Assembly (NCBI GenBank): GCA_050012255.1
Contig: JBEKHN010000002.1
Location: 144,118 to 208,117, forward strand
Length of the DNA: 64,000 nt
Source of the DNA: Candidatus Bathyarchaeia archaeon
GTDB taxonomy: Archaea > Thermoproteota > Bathyarchaeia > Bathyarchaeales > Bathycorpusculaceae
Direction of reading: 5' to 3'
Shown here: in pieces, positions 31,749-41,871 of the stretch
How the letters are laid out: each line of letters starts with the position of its first letter
How positions within the stretch are numbered: position 1 is the first letter of the stretch
Notes under the pieces: generated by a model
What the model saw: the letters and a program-made list of their open reading frames with translations, nothing else
Database searches by the model: none
What the model was told of the DNA's origin: nothing
Position numbers and translations under genes: made by a program

Positions 31749-32006
31749 TTGAGCGTTTCGTCGGTTTTCACAGAATTGTTCAAGTCATCTCCGCACTTGG
31801 CTCGAATGTCACTGCAACTTTTCTACGCGTATCTCACCTTAGGGAGTCGAGTGCGAAAGACCAGAAGGGCCTTTGAGGAAGAGCTTGTTCTCTCAGGAAT
31901 GTCGAAAGTCGATGCCGAACGCATAAGCGCATGCTATGAAGAGCTCAAAAACAACATAACAAGCATGTTGAAGAAGGGAGTTGCGCGCAGTCTTGAGCAA
32001 CGATAA
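31749..32006 (+). CDS. hypothetical protein
   Basis: GGTGA SD; operonic with the previous gene. Confidence 0.6.
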   Translation: MSVSSVFTELFKSSPHLARMSLQLFYAYLTLGSRVRKTRRAFEEELVLSGMSKVDAERISACYEELKNNITSMLKKGVARSLEQR

Positions 32007-32040
32007 GAGCTCAGGTTCTGCGCGCTTAATTTTGCATTGC

Positions 32041-33870
32041 TTATTTTACGGTTACTGATTTTGCTAGGTTTCTCGGTTTGTCCGGGTTGTGGCCTCTTTC
32101 GAGGGCCATGTAATAAGCTAAGAGTTGAAGTGGAACTACGAAGGGTATGGGTGACAACACTTCGGGGATGCCGTTGGGGACTTCGATGTAGTCGTCGGCG
32201 AGCTTTTTGATTTCTTCGTCGTCTTCTTCCAGGATGGCGATTATCGAGGCGTCTCTAGCTTTCATCTCCATTATGTTGCCAATCAACGTTTTGTGCGTTT
32301 CATCCTTTGGACAAATGAAGACTACTGGGAAGCCGGGCTCAATTAGGCTGATTGGTCCATGCTTGCTTTCCCCTGCTGGGAAAGCTATGGCGGGCACGTA
32401 GGCTATTTCCATAAGTTTGAGTCTGCCCTCGTAAGCTGTGGCGGTGCTTATTCCGCGGCCGAGGAAAAAGAAAGTTTTTGAATCCTTGTACTTTTTCGCG
32501 ATCTGTTTTATCTTTCCTTCCTGTTTCTGGATTATTTCCTCAACAGTGTCTGGGATTTTGTTCAGTTTTTCCTCTAGGAAGTCCATTTCGTCTTGTGAAA
32601 CCTTGCCTCTCTTCTTTGCAAGTCGTAGTGCTAGTTGAGCCATGACTGAAAGTTGTGATGTGAACGTTTTCGTCGCTGCCACACCTATTTCTGGTCCTGA
32701 CTGTTGTCCGATGTACACTCTTGATACCCTTGTTAAGGTTGAGCCGATTGTGTTGGTTAATCCGAGGATCGTTCCTGCTCTTTGGCGGGCAGCGTTGACG
32801 GAGGCCAGGGTGTCCGCTGTTTCGCCGGATTGGCTGACCGCGAGGATGGTGCTGTCTATGTTCACTGATTTGCCGCATTGTTCAACAAACTCTGAGGCTA
32901 TGATCGGATAGCTTGGAAGGAAAGCGAGTTTGGAGAACATGTAGGATGATGCAAGACACGCGTGGTAGGATGTTCCGCAAGCTACGAGGTAAACGTCGCG
33001 GGCTCGGTCAAGAAAAGTTGACATCAGGTCAGCGTAGTGCTCCTGCACCCTGAGCGTGTTCCGCAGGCAGTCTGGCTGTTCATGAATCTCCTTTATCATA
33101 AAATGCGGATAACCCTGTTTAACCGCCATCTCAGGTGTCCACTCGATGATCTTGGGCTCGCGGACAACGACTCGTGAGTCTGCTATTTTCTTGATCGCAA
33201 CGTTTCCCAGAGAGAGCGTAACGAGTTCTCCATCGTCAACTATGATTGCCTTGTTGGTCAGCGGCAGAAACGCCGGGATGTCTGAGGCGAAGTACACGGC
33301 TTTTTCATTGACTCCGACGACGAGCGGGCTTTCGTTTCGGGCGCACACTATCTTGTCAGGTTCCTTCGATGAGATGACCGCGATGGAGTATGATCCTTGA
33401 AGTTTCTTCACGGCTTCGAGAACGGCTTCAGCGAGGCTCAGAGAGGAATTGTTCTTGAGGATTTCTTCGATAAGATGAGGAATGATTTCTGTGTCGGTTT
33501 TAGACTTGAAAACGTGGCCGTGATTCTCAAGTTCAAGCCTCAGCTCAGCAAAATTCTCTATGATCCCGTTGTGGACGACAGCTATCTGTCCGCTGCAGTC
33601 AACGTGGGGGTGAGCGTTCACCTGTAACGGTGCGCCGTGGGTTGCCCATCTCGTGTGTCCAACGCCGAGGCTTCCCGGCAGATCATCCAGGTTGTGCACC
33701 ATGTGGACTTCGTCTATTTTTCCCTGGTCTTTCTTTAAGTAGAGTCTTCCTTCATGTATAGTGGCTTCTCCAACCGAGTCGTAGCCCCGGTATTCGAGTC
33801 TTTTCAGCGCCGCGTGAATGACGGGTGCAGCGGCTTCGTCTTTGAGAATGCAGCCGAATATTCCGCACAT
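32041..33870 (-). CDS. glmS: glutamine--fructose-6-phosphate transaminase
   Basis: MCGIFG, LEYRGYDS, HTRWATHG, SQSGETADT, PRNLAKSVTV. Confidence 0.97.
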   Translation of the reverse strand: MCGIFGCILKDEAAAPVIHAALKRLEYRGYDSVGEATIHEGRLYLKKDQGKIDEVHMVHNLDDLPGSLGVGHTRWATHGAPLQVNAHPHVDCSGQIAVVHNGIIENFAELRLELENHGHVFKSKTDTEIIPHLIEEILKNNSSLSLAEAVLEAVKKLQGSYSIAVISSKEPDKIVCARNESPLVVGVNEKAVYFASDIPAFLPLTNKAIIVDDGELVTLSLGNVAIKKIADSRVVVREPKIIEWTPEMAVKQGYPHFMIKEIHEQPDCLRNTLRVQEHYADLMSTFLDRARDVYLVACGTSYHACLASSYMFSKLAFLPSYPIIASEFVEQCGKSVNIDSTILAVSQSGETADTLASVNAARQRAGTILGLTNTIGSTLTRVSRVYIGQQSGPEIGVAATKTFTSQLSVMAQLALRLAKKRGKVSQDEMDFLEEKLNKIPDTVEEIIQKQEGKIKQIAKKYKDSKTFFFLGRGISTATAYEGRLKLMEIAYVPAIAFPAGESKHGPISLIEPGFPVVFICPKDETHKTLIGNIMEMKARDASIIAILEEDDEEIKKLADDYIEVPNGIPEVLSPIPFVVPLQLLAYYMALERGHNPDKPRNLAKSVTVK

Positions 33871-34082
33871 CTTTGGTCCTCATCTGTTTGCAGTGAGGCT
33901 ATTCGAACCGTTTTTGCGCTAATAAGCATTGTTAATAAGTAAATCTGAGCCCTAAAAGAAATTTCTGATACGTTTCTCATGTTACAACATGGTTGGTTCA
34001 CTTAACCGCCATCGTTTTTCCTTCAGCATTAAAAAAAATGTTATAAGGGTGATCTTTTTCTTCACTACACCAAGGGACAACC

Positions 34083-35048
34083 TTGCAGAAGAAACTGTTG
34101 TTACAAGAAGATGGGAAGACACAGAAGGTCAAGGAGATCACAGTACTCGACGACCCACAAAAGTTGAAGATGATTCTGAACAAGCTGAGCTGGAAGATTC
34201 TGGAGATGCTTTCTGAAAAAGAGATGTACCCGCTGGAAATAGCTAAGGCCCTCAAAGTTCACGAGCAGAAGGTGTACTACCACATAAGAAAATTGGAGAA
34301 GGCGGGAGCGATAACGGTCGTCAGGCAAGAGGAAAAGAAAGGAGCCACCGCTAAATATTTCAGAACAGTCTCTCCTGCTTTCGGGATCGAGCTTCCTCAA
34401 GGTTATACGCCGATAAAGAAGCTCTCTCTCTTGGGCATGGAGGGGCAGATCCAGAAATTCTTCCGAGAATTCATTAGGAAGGATAGCTCTTTCGAAGGCA
34501 AGATAGTTGTGGGCAGCCCAACGCCCCATGGGCCATTCAAGACGAGCGCGCGAGACGGACATTACGCTTCTCATCTCGCCTTCTTTTTAGGCCAGTTTGT
34601 GAGGATGCCTGACGAATTTGCGATAAAACTTGACGTTGACGTCAAGGCTGAAAAGGAAGAAAAGAACAACCTGGTTCTTGTGGGCGGACCCGGCACAAAC
34701 CTGCTTACCCAAGAGGTGAACGAGTACTTGCCGATAAGGTTCGACATGCGGCACTCGGAGGAGGGCTTCATGTTCGGGGGCTTGGTGTCCAAGAGAACAT
34801 CTCTCGTTTACACCGCCGATAATGTTGGTTTGGTCGCGAAAATCGTGAATCCCTGGGACAAGGAAAAGCGGGTCATAGTCCTAGCCGGAAACAAAGCGGT
34901 TGGCACGAAAGCCTGTGTCCTAGCCTTGACGAATTTTTGGAAAAAAACCTTGGAAAACTACAAGGGTGACGAGACTTTTGCCAAGGTTATTCAGGGCTTT
35001 GACTTGGATGGCGACGGAAAAGTTGACTCGATAGAGGTTCTTGAGTAA
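34083..35048 (+). CDS. ArsR-like HTH regulator with C-terminal alpha/beta domain
   Basis: YPLEIAKAL..EQKVYYHIRKL; GSPTPHGP, VGGPGTN, DLDGDG. Confidence 0.75.
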   Translation: MQKKLLLQEDGKTQKVKEITVLDDPQKLKMILNKLSWKILEMLSEKEMYPLEIAKALKVHEQKVYYHIRKLEKAGAITVVRQEEKKGATAKYFRTVSPAFGIELPQGYTPIKKLSLLGMEGQIQKFFREFIRKDSSFEGKIVVGSPTPHGPFKTSARDGHYASHLAFFLGQFVRMPDEFAIKLDVDVKAEKEEKNNLVLVGGPGTNLLTQEVNEYLPIRFDMRHSEEGFMFGGLVSKRTSLVYTADNVGLVAKIVNPWDKEKRVIVLAGNKAVGTKACVLALTNFWKKTLENYKGDETFAKVIQGFDLDGDGKVDSIEVLE

Positions 35049-35505
35049 CTTGTATCCCGTCGAATTGAAAGAGGTTATCCTTGCACGTGGACACAAGAAC
35101 ATCTCGGCCACGCATGAGACAACGATTGAAATCACGAAAGAAGCGCACTTGTCAGAAAGTGGCGATTGTATCATCGCTGTGTCGGCGGACAAAGCATTAG
35201 GTGACTTGAGTTCCGAGTTCAAAAAGAACTTGCTGAAGGATCACGCTGGTATCACTATTTCAGTCGACGCAGGAGGAGTCACCGAAACCCTAAGCGCCCA
35301 TGGGAGCTCTCGCCTGATTCTAACCCACCCGACTGACATTGTTGTGAGGAAGAGCAGTTACGTCTGCAGCCGAACATTAGCGATTCATGCAGACAAGTCA
35401 GCATGCGAACTTTCAAGAGATCTTGCTAAGAAATTGAAAAACAGCAAGCAGAATGTGAGAATAACACTGACCATGAAAATCTACCGCGCTTTTTGCGAAC
35501 GTTGA
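35041..35505 (+). CDS. DUF371 family protein
   Basis: ARGHKNISATH.TTIEITKE, GDCII, RKSSY. Confidence 0.88.
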   Translation: MSNLYPVELKEVILARGHKNISATHETTIEITKEAHLSESGDCIIAVSADKALGDLSSEFKKNLLKDHAGITISVDAGGVTETLSAHGSSRLILTHPTDIVVRKSSYVCSRTLAIHADKSACELSRDLAKKLKNSKQNVRITLTMKIYRAFCER

Positions 35506-35529
35506 CGCTTTATCAGGACACAACAAGGT

Positions 35530-36618
35530 CTAACATATGTTTACGTCTAGGACAGCTTGCCATTCGTACGGTGCTGTCTCTCGAACCATCCTTGAGAACG
35601 GGACTTCTGTGACTTTTCTTCCAGTTTTTTCAACAGCTTCTGCAAGGCGGAGCTTTGTTGCTTCTAACGGGTTGGACACGCTGACAAAACTGTAAAAGTG
35701 TATCATGCCTCCCTCGGGCTTGAGGGCTCTGCAGGCTGCGTCGACAAATTCGATTGCTTTTTCGGGCAGGTTCATAATCACACGGTCTGCGACGCCCATG
35801 ACCTTTTCGTCAACGACGTGTCTCGCGTCTCCCAAGAAAGGATGAACTTCGCCCACCGCCCTGTTGAGCCTGATGTTCTTTTTGAGATATTCAAAAGCGT
35901 GGGGATTCGCGTCTATCGCGTAGACTTTCACGTTTTGATGGGTTTTGGCTATGAGTATGGCGAAGGGGCCGACTCCCGCAAACATGTCTACTATCGTTTC
36001 GTTTTCCTTAACGAGAGAGGCTACTCTTTTGTGCTCATATGAGAGACGGGGCGAAAAATAGGCCTTGGCGACGTCGACTGAGTATTGGCAGCCGAACTCT
36101 CTGTGGACAGTCTCGGTTTTCTGTTGTCCACCTATGACGCTGAATTCTCTCAATCGGTAGGTTCCGCTGACAGCGCCAGCTTTTGCCAGCACGGTCCGTA
36201 CGTTCTTGTTCGTTTTGAGAATTGCTTCACCTATGATCTTTTTGTACGCGTCTAACTCTTGAGGGACCTCGATTATCGCTATGTCCCCCACGAAATCCGC
36301 GGCGTGCGACAGACTGGTCAACAGGTGAGGAGGCAATTCGGTTGAAAGCACTTCTGTCAACGATGGTCTTTGTTTCTTTCTTTCTTGGAGTGTACATGTT
36401 AGAATTTGGAATGTCACTCCATTTTCTCTGAGAGTCTTCAAAGTATCCTCTTGAGGTTGGCTGATGAGTGGAATGTACAGGAAATCTTCGTCTCTCTGAA
36501 CTTCAAATTTCTTATCGACGGCCCTCGCTTCATTTGCCAGAGCTAATGCTTTTTCGCCTTGTTTTTTCGGAACTCTTAAACATCTGACTTTTTTCGGCAT
36601 TTCGTCACGCAGGCTCAA
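35530..36618 (-). CDS. trm5: Trm5/Taw22-family tRNA methyltransferase
   Basis: VGDIA, YFSPRL, DMFAGVGPF, DRVIMNLP. Confidence 0.85.
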   Translation of the reverse strand: MSLRDEMPKKVRCLRVPKKQGEKALALANEARAVDKKFEVQRDEDFLYIPLISQPQEDTLKTLRENGVTFQILTCTLQERKKQRPSLTEVLSTELPPHLLTSLSHAADFVGDIAIIEVPQELDAYKKIIGEAILKTNKNVRTVLAKAGAVSGTYRLREFSVIGGQQKTETVHREFGCQYSVDVAKAYFSPRLSYEHKRVASLVKENETIVDMFAGVGPFAILIAKTHQNVKVYAIDANPHAFEYLKKNIRLNRAVGEVHPFLGDARHVVDEKVMGVADRVIMNLPEKAIEFVDAACRALKPEGGMIHFYSFVSVSNPLEATKLRLAEAVEKTGRKVTEVPFSRMVRETAPYEWQAVLDVNIC

Positions 36619-37403
36619 TTTTCTCGTGTTGCCGTGATGATTGTATAGAACAGGGTTAATCCAGTGTCTGTGAGGACGTATTGCTCCTTTGCTTCTTTGC
36701 TGGCCGCGTGCACGTATCTGCGAAGTGCTTCGGGCTTGATGGCAAAGTATTTTCCTTTGTCCTCGATCAGCGCGTCGTAGGTCTTTTTGTATGCGATGGT
36801 TTTCATCCTGAACACGTGGAATCCGTGAGTTTCGAGCAGTCTCTTCGTTTCTGAAGCTTTGTAGTATCTTTTGTGCGCCCTAGATATCGTTCTCTCCAGC
36901 GTTTCGAAGAAATCTTCCTTGTCAGCTTCGTGTGGAGACAGATCGCCGTACACGAAGGTGCCTCCTTCTTTGAGCAATTGTCCATAGTCTTCTAGCGTCT
37001 TTTCCTGGTCTTCGAAGTAATGCATAGTGCTCATGCACAGTATTCCATCGAAAGCTTCGGCAACGAAGGGTAGGTGTTCAGCATCCCCCAAGATCAGTTC
37101 TGAATGCTGTCTGTAACCGAGGAGCTTGTTTGTCGCATTGTTCAGCATTTCTCTTGTTAAGTCAAGCCCCACGAAACTGGGTCTGATCTTTTCGAGCAGG
37201 GGCTTCGCGTTTCTTCCGCTTCCGACGCCCACTTCTAGCAGAAGCCTGTTCCCAAAACCTGTGAAAGCGTTGAGCACTTCGTCAAGTATTTCAGCTCCAA
37301 AACCGTTTTCAGATTTCCAAGTCCTGCTCTTCTGCTGGTCGTAATCTTTAGCCCTAATAGAATAATATCTCTGGACCGTCTTTTTGCGGGTGCTGTCGGC
37401 CAT
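36615..37403 (-). CDS. class I SAM-dependent methyltransferase
   Basis: LEVGVGSG, GDAEHLPF, LKEGG. Confidence 0.85.
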   Translation of the reverse strand: MADSTRKKTVQRYYSIRAKDYDQQKSRTWKSENGFGAEILDEVLNAFTGFGNRLLLEVGVGSGRNAKPLLEKIRPSFVGLDLTREMLNNATNKLLGYRQHSELILGDAEHLPFVAEAFDGILCMSTMHYFEDQEKTLEDYGQLLKEGGTFVYGDLSPHEADKEDFFETLERTISRAHKRYYKASETKRLLETHGFHVFRMKTIAYKKTYDALIEDKGKYFAIKPEALRRYVHAASKEAKEQYVLTDTGLTLFYTIITATREN

Positions 37404-37412
37404 GTGGTCTCT

Positions 37413-38450
37413 TCACTCTTTTTTTTCTACCTTGTAAAGCCCGTTCACCTTTTCAACGTTGAACCTAGCGTTCAGGATTTGTTCGGTAACCCAGATGTTT
37501 GTTTCTAAGTGTTCTGAAACTGCCCGCGTGAAGTAGATCGAGTTTCCTTTGGCCAGGGCTACGTATGGGATGAGCAGATCGGCCAAGTGCACGTCAACCG
37601 TGGGCTTGGCAGAAATCTCCGCGTAGAGTTTCTGGGCAGCCTCCTCGCCGACTTTTTCGCTTGTCTTCTTCAGTTCACCAATCGCGTCAGCTCCCAACAC
37701 CGTACCTGTGTCAGTTTCGGCCCACAACACCATTGAGCTGCCCTTCTGCAGGGGGTTTGACGTGTCGTTTACTGCTTGAATCTCTGTTGCGTAGCCTTTT
37801 TCTCTCAGGTAGTCTTTTGCAGCCTTTGCTTGTCTTTCAGCCACTTTCCTCTCGGCTAAGAATGTGCAGACTGATACTCCTTTGATGGCTTTTATCTTGC
37901 CGAATGTTTCCATGTGTAAAGGTCTGAGTGACTCTGCAGGCTTCACTGTTGCCGTTACTTCGCCGTTTCCTTTTGGATAGTAGCCGTACTTGTGGACCTT
38001 CAGAGTTGCTTCCAAACCCATGCGGCAGAGAGTTGGCAAGAGGATGAAGCGCATGTAATTTGTTGTCGGCGCGTTTGAAACGTCGGTTCCACCCTTGGAA
38101 ACGTGCAGGACAACGGTGCATTTGGCATAAGCACAGATCGGCAACACGGTCATCAAGAGCATCGGTATGCTTCCAGCGGTGCCGATTTCTGCCTCGATCT
38201 TGCCGCCTTCAACTTCTCTAGGCTTAAACCAGAGTTCGCGGGAATCAATTCTTGCGCCTTCGAGTTCAGCGTTGCACAGTTTTGCGGCTGTCAAGACTGC
38301 TTCCAAGTGTTGGGGTTTCAAACCTGGCTGAGGCCTGTTGTGTCTGACGTTGTAGATGTGAAGCGGTTGCCCCGTTATGGCTGCCAAAGCGACGGACAGT
38401 CTGAGGATCGTGCCGCTTCCTCCTTTCTTGCTACCGTCAACTTCGATCAA
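37413..38450 (-). CDS. rtcA: RNA 3'-terminal phosphate cyclase
   Basis: IEVDGS..ILR, RPQPGLKPQH, TAGS, GGTDV, GYYPKG, DVHLAD. Confidence 0.92.
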   Translation of the reverse strand: MIEVDGSKKGGSGTILRLSVALAAITGQPLHIYNVRHNRPQPGLKPQHLEAVLTAAKLCNAELEGARIDSRELWFKPREVEGGKIEAEIGTAGSIPMLLMTVLPICAYAKCTVVLHVSKGGTDVSNAPTTNYMRFILLPTLCRMGLEATLKVHKYGYYPKGNGEVTATVKPAESLRPLHMETFGKIKAIKGVSVCTFLAERKVAERQAKAAKDYLREKGYATEIQAVNDTSNPLQKGSSMVLWAETDTGTVLGADAIGELKKTSEKVGEEAAQKLYAEISAKPTVDVHLADLLIPYVALAKGNSIYFTRAVSEHLETNIWVTEQILNARFNVEKVNGLYKVEKKE

Positions 38451-38544
38451 GTATGCTCTGTGCGCCTCTCTTTCGGCTTGTGAGAAGAGTCGGAAACAAT
38501 TAATAAATGGGTGAAGTATTAAGGATTTGGAGGATTGAAGGCTT

Positions 38545-38973
38545 ATGAGTACGGATAAAGCGAAGGTGGACAACCTGACCAGGAGAGTTGACGAACTCGT
38601 CGTGATCTTGAGCGGTATCGCGGAGGACTTGAGGCAGGTGTCCGCTTCGTTGAAGTCGCTGTCCGTTCAACAGATCACACAGCCTGTGGCTGCGCCGCCG
38701 CCTCTATCACTGGGCCAATCTCCGACTGTCGCCGGGGCGCCTCGGGCAGCCGAGAAGTCGAAGGCCATGGAGGACCTGCGGACGATGTTCCCTGAAGACT
38801 TGGAAAACCTGTTGAACTTTGAGGAAAAAGACGATTACATCATCATCAAGCCGCGGCAGTTCTTGGGTTCTGACAACTTCTCAAAAATCGCCTCTGTCGT
38901 GCGTCAAGCTGGAGGAGAATACATCAGTGCCGGAAAAGCGTCGCACTTCAGAGTGCCTAGACAGAGGACTTGA
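38545..38973 (+). CDS. hypothetical protein
   Basis: Coiled N-terminus, Pro/Ala linker, compact C-terminal domain GGEYISAGK..HFRVP. Confidence 0.65.
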   Translation: MSTDKAKVDNLTRRVDELVVILSGIAEDLRQVSASLKSLSVQQITQPVAAPPPLSLGQSPTVAGAPRAAEKSKAMEDLRTMFPEDLENLLNFEEKDDYIIIKPRQFLGSDNFSKIASVVRQAGGEYISAGKASHFRVPRQRT

Positions 38974-39006
38974 ACACACTCTTTCCTCAGCATGTGAAAG
39001 CGTCTG

Positions 39007-39282
39007 CTAATATCTTATTTCAAAATCGTTGAACTCGCCTGTGTAAGGCTCCCAAGCAACTTTTATCACCGCGACTCTTGCCGTCGGAGGACCTCGCTTG
39101 CAGAACTCTACGAGTTGCTTCACGTCTTGTTCTTCACCTTCAAAAACAGCTTCAACCCTGTCATCCGGTAGGTTACAGATCCAGCCGTTCACGTGATGTT
39201 TTCTCGCCTCGTACCTTGCTTCTGACCTGTAGAACACGCCTTGCACTCTGCCTCCCACGAACACGTGCGCCCTGATTCTCAT
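39007..39282 (-). CDS. acyP: acylphosphatase
   Basis: GRVQGVFYR, GWICN, GPPTARV. Confidence 0.92.
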   Translation of the reverse strand: MRIRAHVFVGGRVQGVFYRSEARYEARKHHVNGWICNLPDDRVEAVFEGEEQDVKQLVEFCKRGPPTARVAVIKVAWEPYTGEFNDFEIRY

Positions 39283-39395
39283 CGCTTCTCCCTGCGGAAG
39301 CTTTTCACTTAAACTCATCTCTCTGCCTTGTAAACGTGTTGTTTCAGCACTTGTTTTAAAAGATGTCCGTTCGACCGTGATCTTGGTGAGCGTGC

Positions 39396-39731
39396 ATGCT
39401 TGAGAACTGTAACGGGAAATTGTTTGTTTACGCCTCGAGTTTTGCGTCTCGCGAAAAACGCTTGAAGCCCGTAAAGGTTGCTACAGAGAAGATGGCTAAA
39501 CATCTGAAGCTGAGTTTCGAAGTCAAGACCTTCACGAAGAAGTTTGAGCCGATTTACGTTTACTACAAGAACGGTGAAGAGGAGCCTATTCCTATCTATT
39601 GCGTAGGCGAGGAGCAGTCAAGCATCGAAGACATTTGCATGAGGTTGAGGAACATGATGTTTGTCTTGTCTTTCCATCCGAAGCATTCAGCTTTGAGGCA
39701 GAGAAGGAAAGAGATCATGCAGTTTTCGTGA
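39396..39731 (+). CDS. hypothetical protein
   Basis: GGTGA SD; 111-aa ORF. Confidence 0.6.
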   Translation: MLENCNGKLFVYASSFASREKRLKPVKVATEKMAKHLKLSFEVKTFTKKFEPIYVYYKNGEEEPIPIYCVGEEQSSIEDICMRLRNMMFVLSFHPKHSALRQRRKEIMQFS

Positions 39732-40041
39732 ACTTCAGGCTTTGATTTTCAAGGTTTATGTCGTATATCTGGTTAACGTCAAAGTCTATGCCTAAGGTCT
39801 CATACTCTTGTTCTGTTAGAAACAGGATTATTTTTGGAATTGCGAAATCCACTCTTCCGGGAAACATCGGCATCTGCTGCTGCAGGGCTTGAAGCACGTC
39901 TTGGACAACCTTGGCTTCTTCTGTTTGAGGTCTGACTGTGAAGTGGGGAACTTGTCGGTCTTCGATCAGCTCTATTCGTTTTCCAAGGTTACCGTCCGGG
40001 TCATGGATGGACTCAATCTTCTGCACTCTTACGCGAAACAT
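39715..40041 (-). CDS. arcadin-1-like protein
   Basis: DPDG..KRIELIE..PKIILFLTEQE..DVNQIYDI resembles Pyrobaculum arcadin-1 (from memory). Confidence 0.65.
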   Translation of the reverse strand: MFRVRVQKIESIHDPDGNLGKRIELIEDRQVPHFTVRPQTEEAKVVQDVLQALQQQMPMFPGRVDFAIPKIILFLTEQEYETLGIDFDVNQIYDINLENQSLKFTKTA

Positions 40042-40107
40042 GGTCTGTCACCACTGAAGAGGCTCAAGGAGCTTTATAGATTTCGGAAGTGTCTCCAACG
40101 TTCTGAC

Positions 40108-41037
40108 TCAGTCTGTGGAATCGTGCGGAAACGACTCATCCAGTCTTGACTGAATTTTGACCTCTTTCGGTTCGGAAACATGTTCTACTACCTCCTGCAG
40201 TTTGCGAAGAAGTCTGAGCTGTTGCTGGATCTTTTCTTCGTCTCTAGTCGGTAATTCTAGGACTTTCGGAGTGTCCTCAAACCTCTTGTCTCTAACGATG
40301 GCATGAAAAACTTGCAATCCTAATTTTCCTTCTCCTATGGCCATGTGTCGGTCGATTCTGCATCCTAAGTCTCCTTTCGAATCGTTCACGTGCAGCATCT
40401 TGAGCTTGTCCTTTCCCACCTTCGCGTCAAATTCCTTCAAAACGTTCTCGTATCCTTGATAGCCTCGGATGTCGTATCCCGCGGCGAAAACATGGCACGT
40501 GTCAAGGCAGACGTCTAGTGAATGGCTCTTTTCCACGCGTTTTATGATTTCTGCCAGTTCCTCAAAGCGTGAACCAATGGTCGTGCCCTGACCAGCCATA
40601 GTCTCCAGAAGAATCATGGCGTGTGAAGCCTTGGCACCGTTGAAAACTTCGTTTAACGCGTCGACCGTTCGACCGATCCCAACCTTCTTGCCAAGTCTGC
40701 CGAAATATCCAGGGTGCATCACTAAAAGCTGAATTCCCAGCTGATCAGCAATTGACAATTCAGTGGCCAGCCTAGTTTTTGAGTTTTGCCAGATTGCATC
40801 GGTTGGCGCGGCTGGATTTACTATGAGGGGGACATGTGCGATGACCTGTTTGACGCTGCTTGATTGCCAGGCTGTCCTAAAACTAAGAGTTTCTTCGGGT
40901 GATAATTCCCGAGTTTTCCACGTGCGAGACAGGGTGATGTAGGTTTGTGCACATTCGCAACCCCACCTTTCTGCATATGCAAATAGTGTTGACAGGCCAC
41001 CTTTACCGGGGTGAGCAGGAACGTTTGATCCAATCAT
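40108..41037 (-). CDS. nfo: endonuclease IV
   Basis: HPG, LETMAGQG, DTCHVFAAGYD, HVNDSK, DRH. Confidence 0.9.
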   Translation of the reverse strand: MIGSNVPAHPGKGGLSTLFAYAERWGCECAQTYITLSRTWKTRELSPEETLSFRTAWQSSSVKQVIAHVPLIVNPAAPTDAIWQNSKTRLATELSIADQLGIQLLVMHPGYFGRLGKKVGIGRTVDALNEVFNGAKASHAMILLETMAGQGTTIGSRFEELAEIIKRVEKSHSLDVCLDTCHVFAAGYDIRGYQGYENVLKEFDAKVGKDKLKMLHVNDSKGDLGCRIDRHMAIGEGKLGLQVFHAIVRDKRFEDTPKVLELPTRDEEKIQQQLRLLRKLQEVVEHVSEPKEVKIQSRLDESFPHDSTD

Positions 41038-41286
41038 CTTCTCACTAGGTGTTTACTCGTGTAGCAAGGCCGTGCAACTCTTATGATTTTTCTCACTTCT
41101 GCGGTCGTATTTGCAACGAGCCTCTTTGAGTCAAAGGTCCTGCAAAGCCCTGCCCCCCAAGCTGTTAACTGCTTTGCTGTTTTAAGCTTGTGCAGTGTGA
41201 GCCTTGGCAATTCCCAGCTAGCTCTCTCATGATTCTAGACTGGTGCGCGCGGGCAGAAAGACATAATAGTTCTTTGAAGCCACGGT

Positions 41287-41574
41287 ATGATGAAAACAAT
41301 GAAAACAAACATTGACGTCCTAATGGTCATTCTTCTTGTGATCTTCGTAGGGAGCCTAGTCGGGCTGATAATCTATGGCGAGGTGTGGCGCATCAACCTC
41401 TCGATGACTGACACACACATTGAAAACTTCGATCCAGAGCGCACGCGAAACGCTTTCATATTGTCAGTTGTCTGTATTGCGTCTGGGGGGTCCACGTTGT
41501 ATATACTTGTTACGAGGTTCTCGCAGGAAGAAGAAAAGAAAAAGGTCTCTGCCTCCGGCGCCACCCATGAATGA
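41287..41574 (+). CDS. small two-TM membrane protein
   Basis: Two hydrophobic segments. Confidence 0.55.
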   Translation: MMKTMKTNIDVLMVILLVIFVGSLVGLIIYGEVWRINLSMTDTHIENFDPERTRNAFILSVVCIASGGSTLYILVTRFSQEEEKKKVSASGATHE

Positions 41575-41718
41575 AACACCGTGTTTCTGCTGTCTGCGGT
41601 CGCACAGGGAAACTTCGCAAACGACTGGAGGGCTAGCAAGTGTCAAAAACAGCGTTTGACTTTGTGAAATTTTATATTCGCTGCATGTTATATGCTTAAC
41701 ATGTCTGGGGGAAGTGGC

Positions 41719-41871
41719 GTGAAACTTGTAACCGTATTATTGCCCGAAGCTTATTTGGAAGGTTTAGATGAGCTTGTGAGAGCTAACATGTATCCGAGCA
41801 GAAGTTCAGCTATACGGTCTTCGGTGAGGGATCTGCTGAAGAAAGAGCTTTGGGAAAGACGCGGAAGATGA
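41719..41871 (+). CDS. ribbon-helix-helix protein, CdrS-like (absent from ORF track)
   Basis: Manual translation MKLVTVLLPEAYLEGLDELVRANMYPSRSSAIRSSVRDLLKKELWERRGR; TATA-like TTTATA upstream. Confidence 0.85.
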   Translation: MKLVTVLLPEAYLEGLDELVRANMYPSRSSAIRSSVRDLLKKELWERRGR

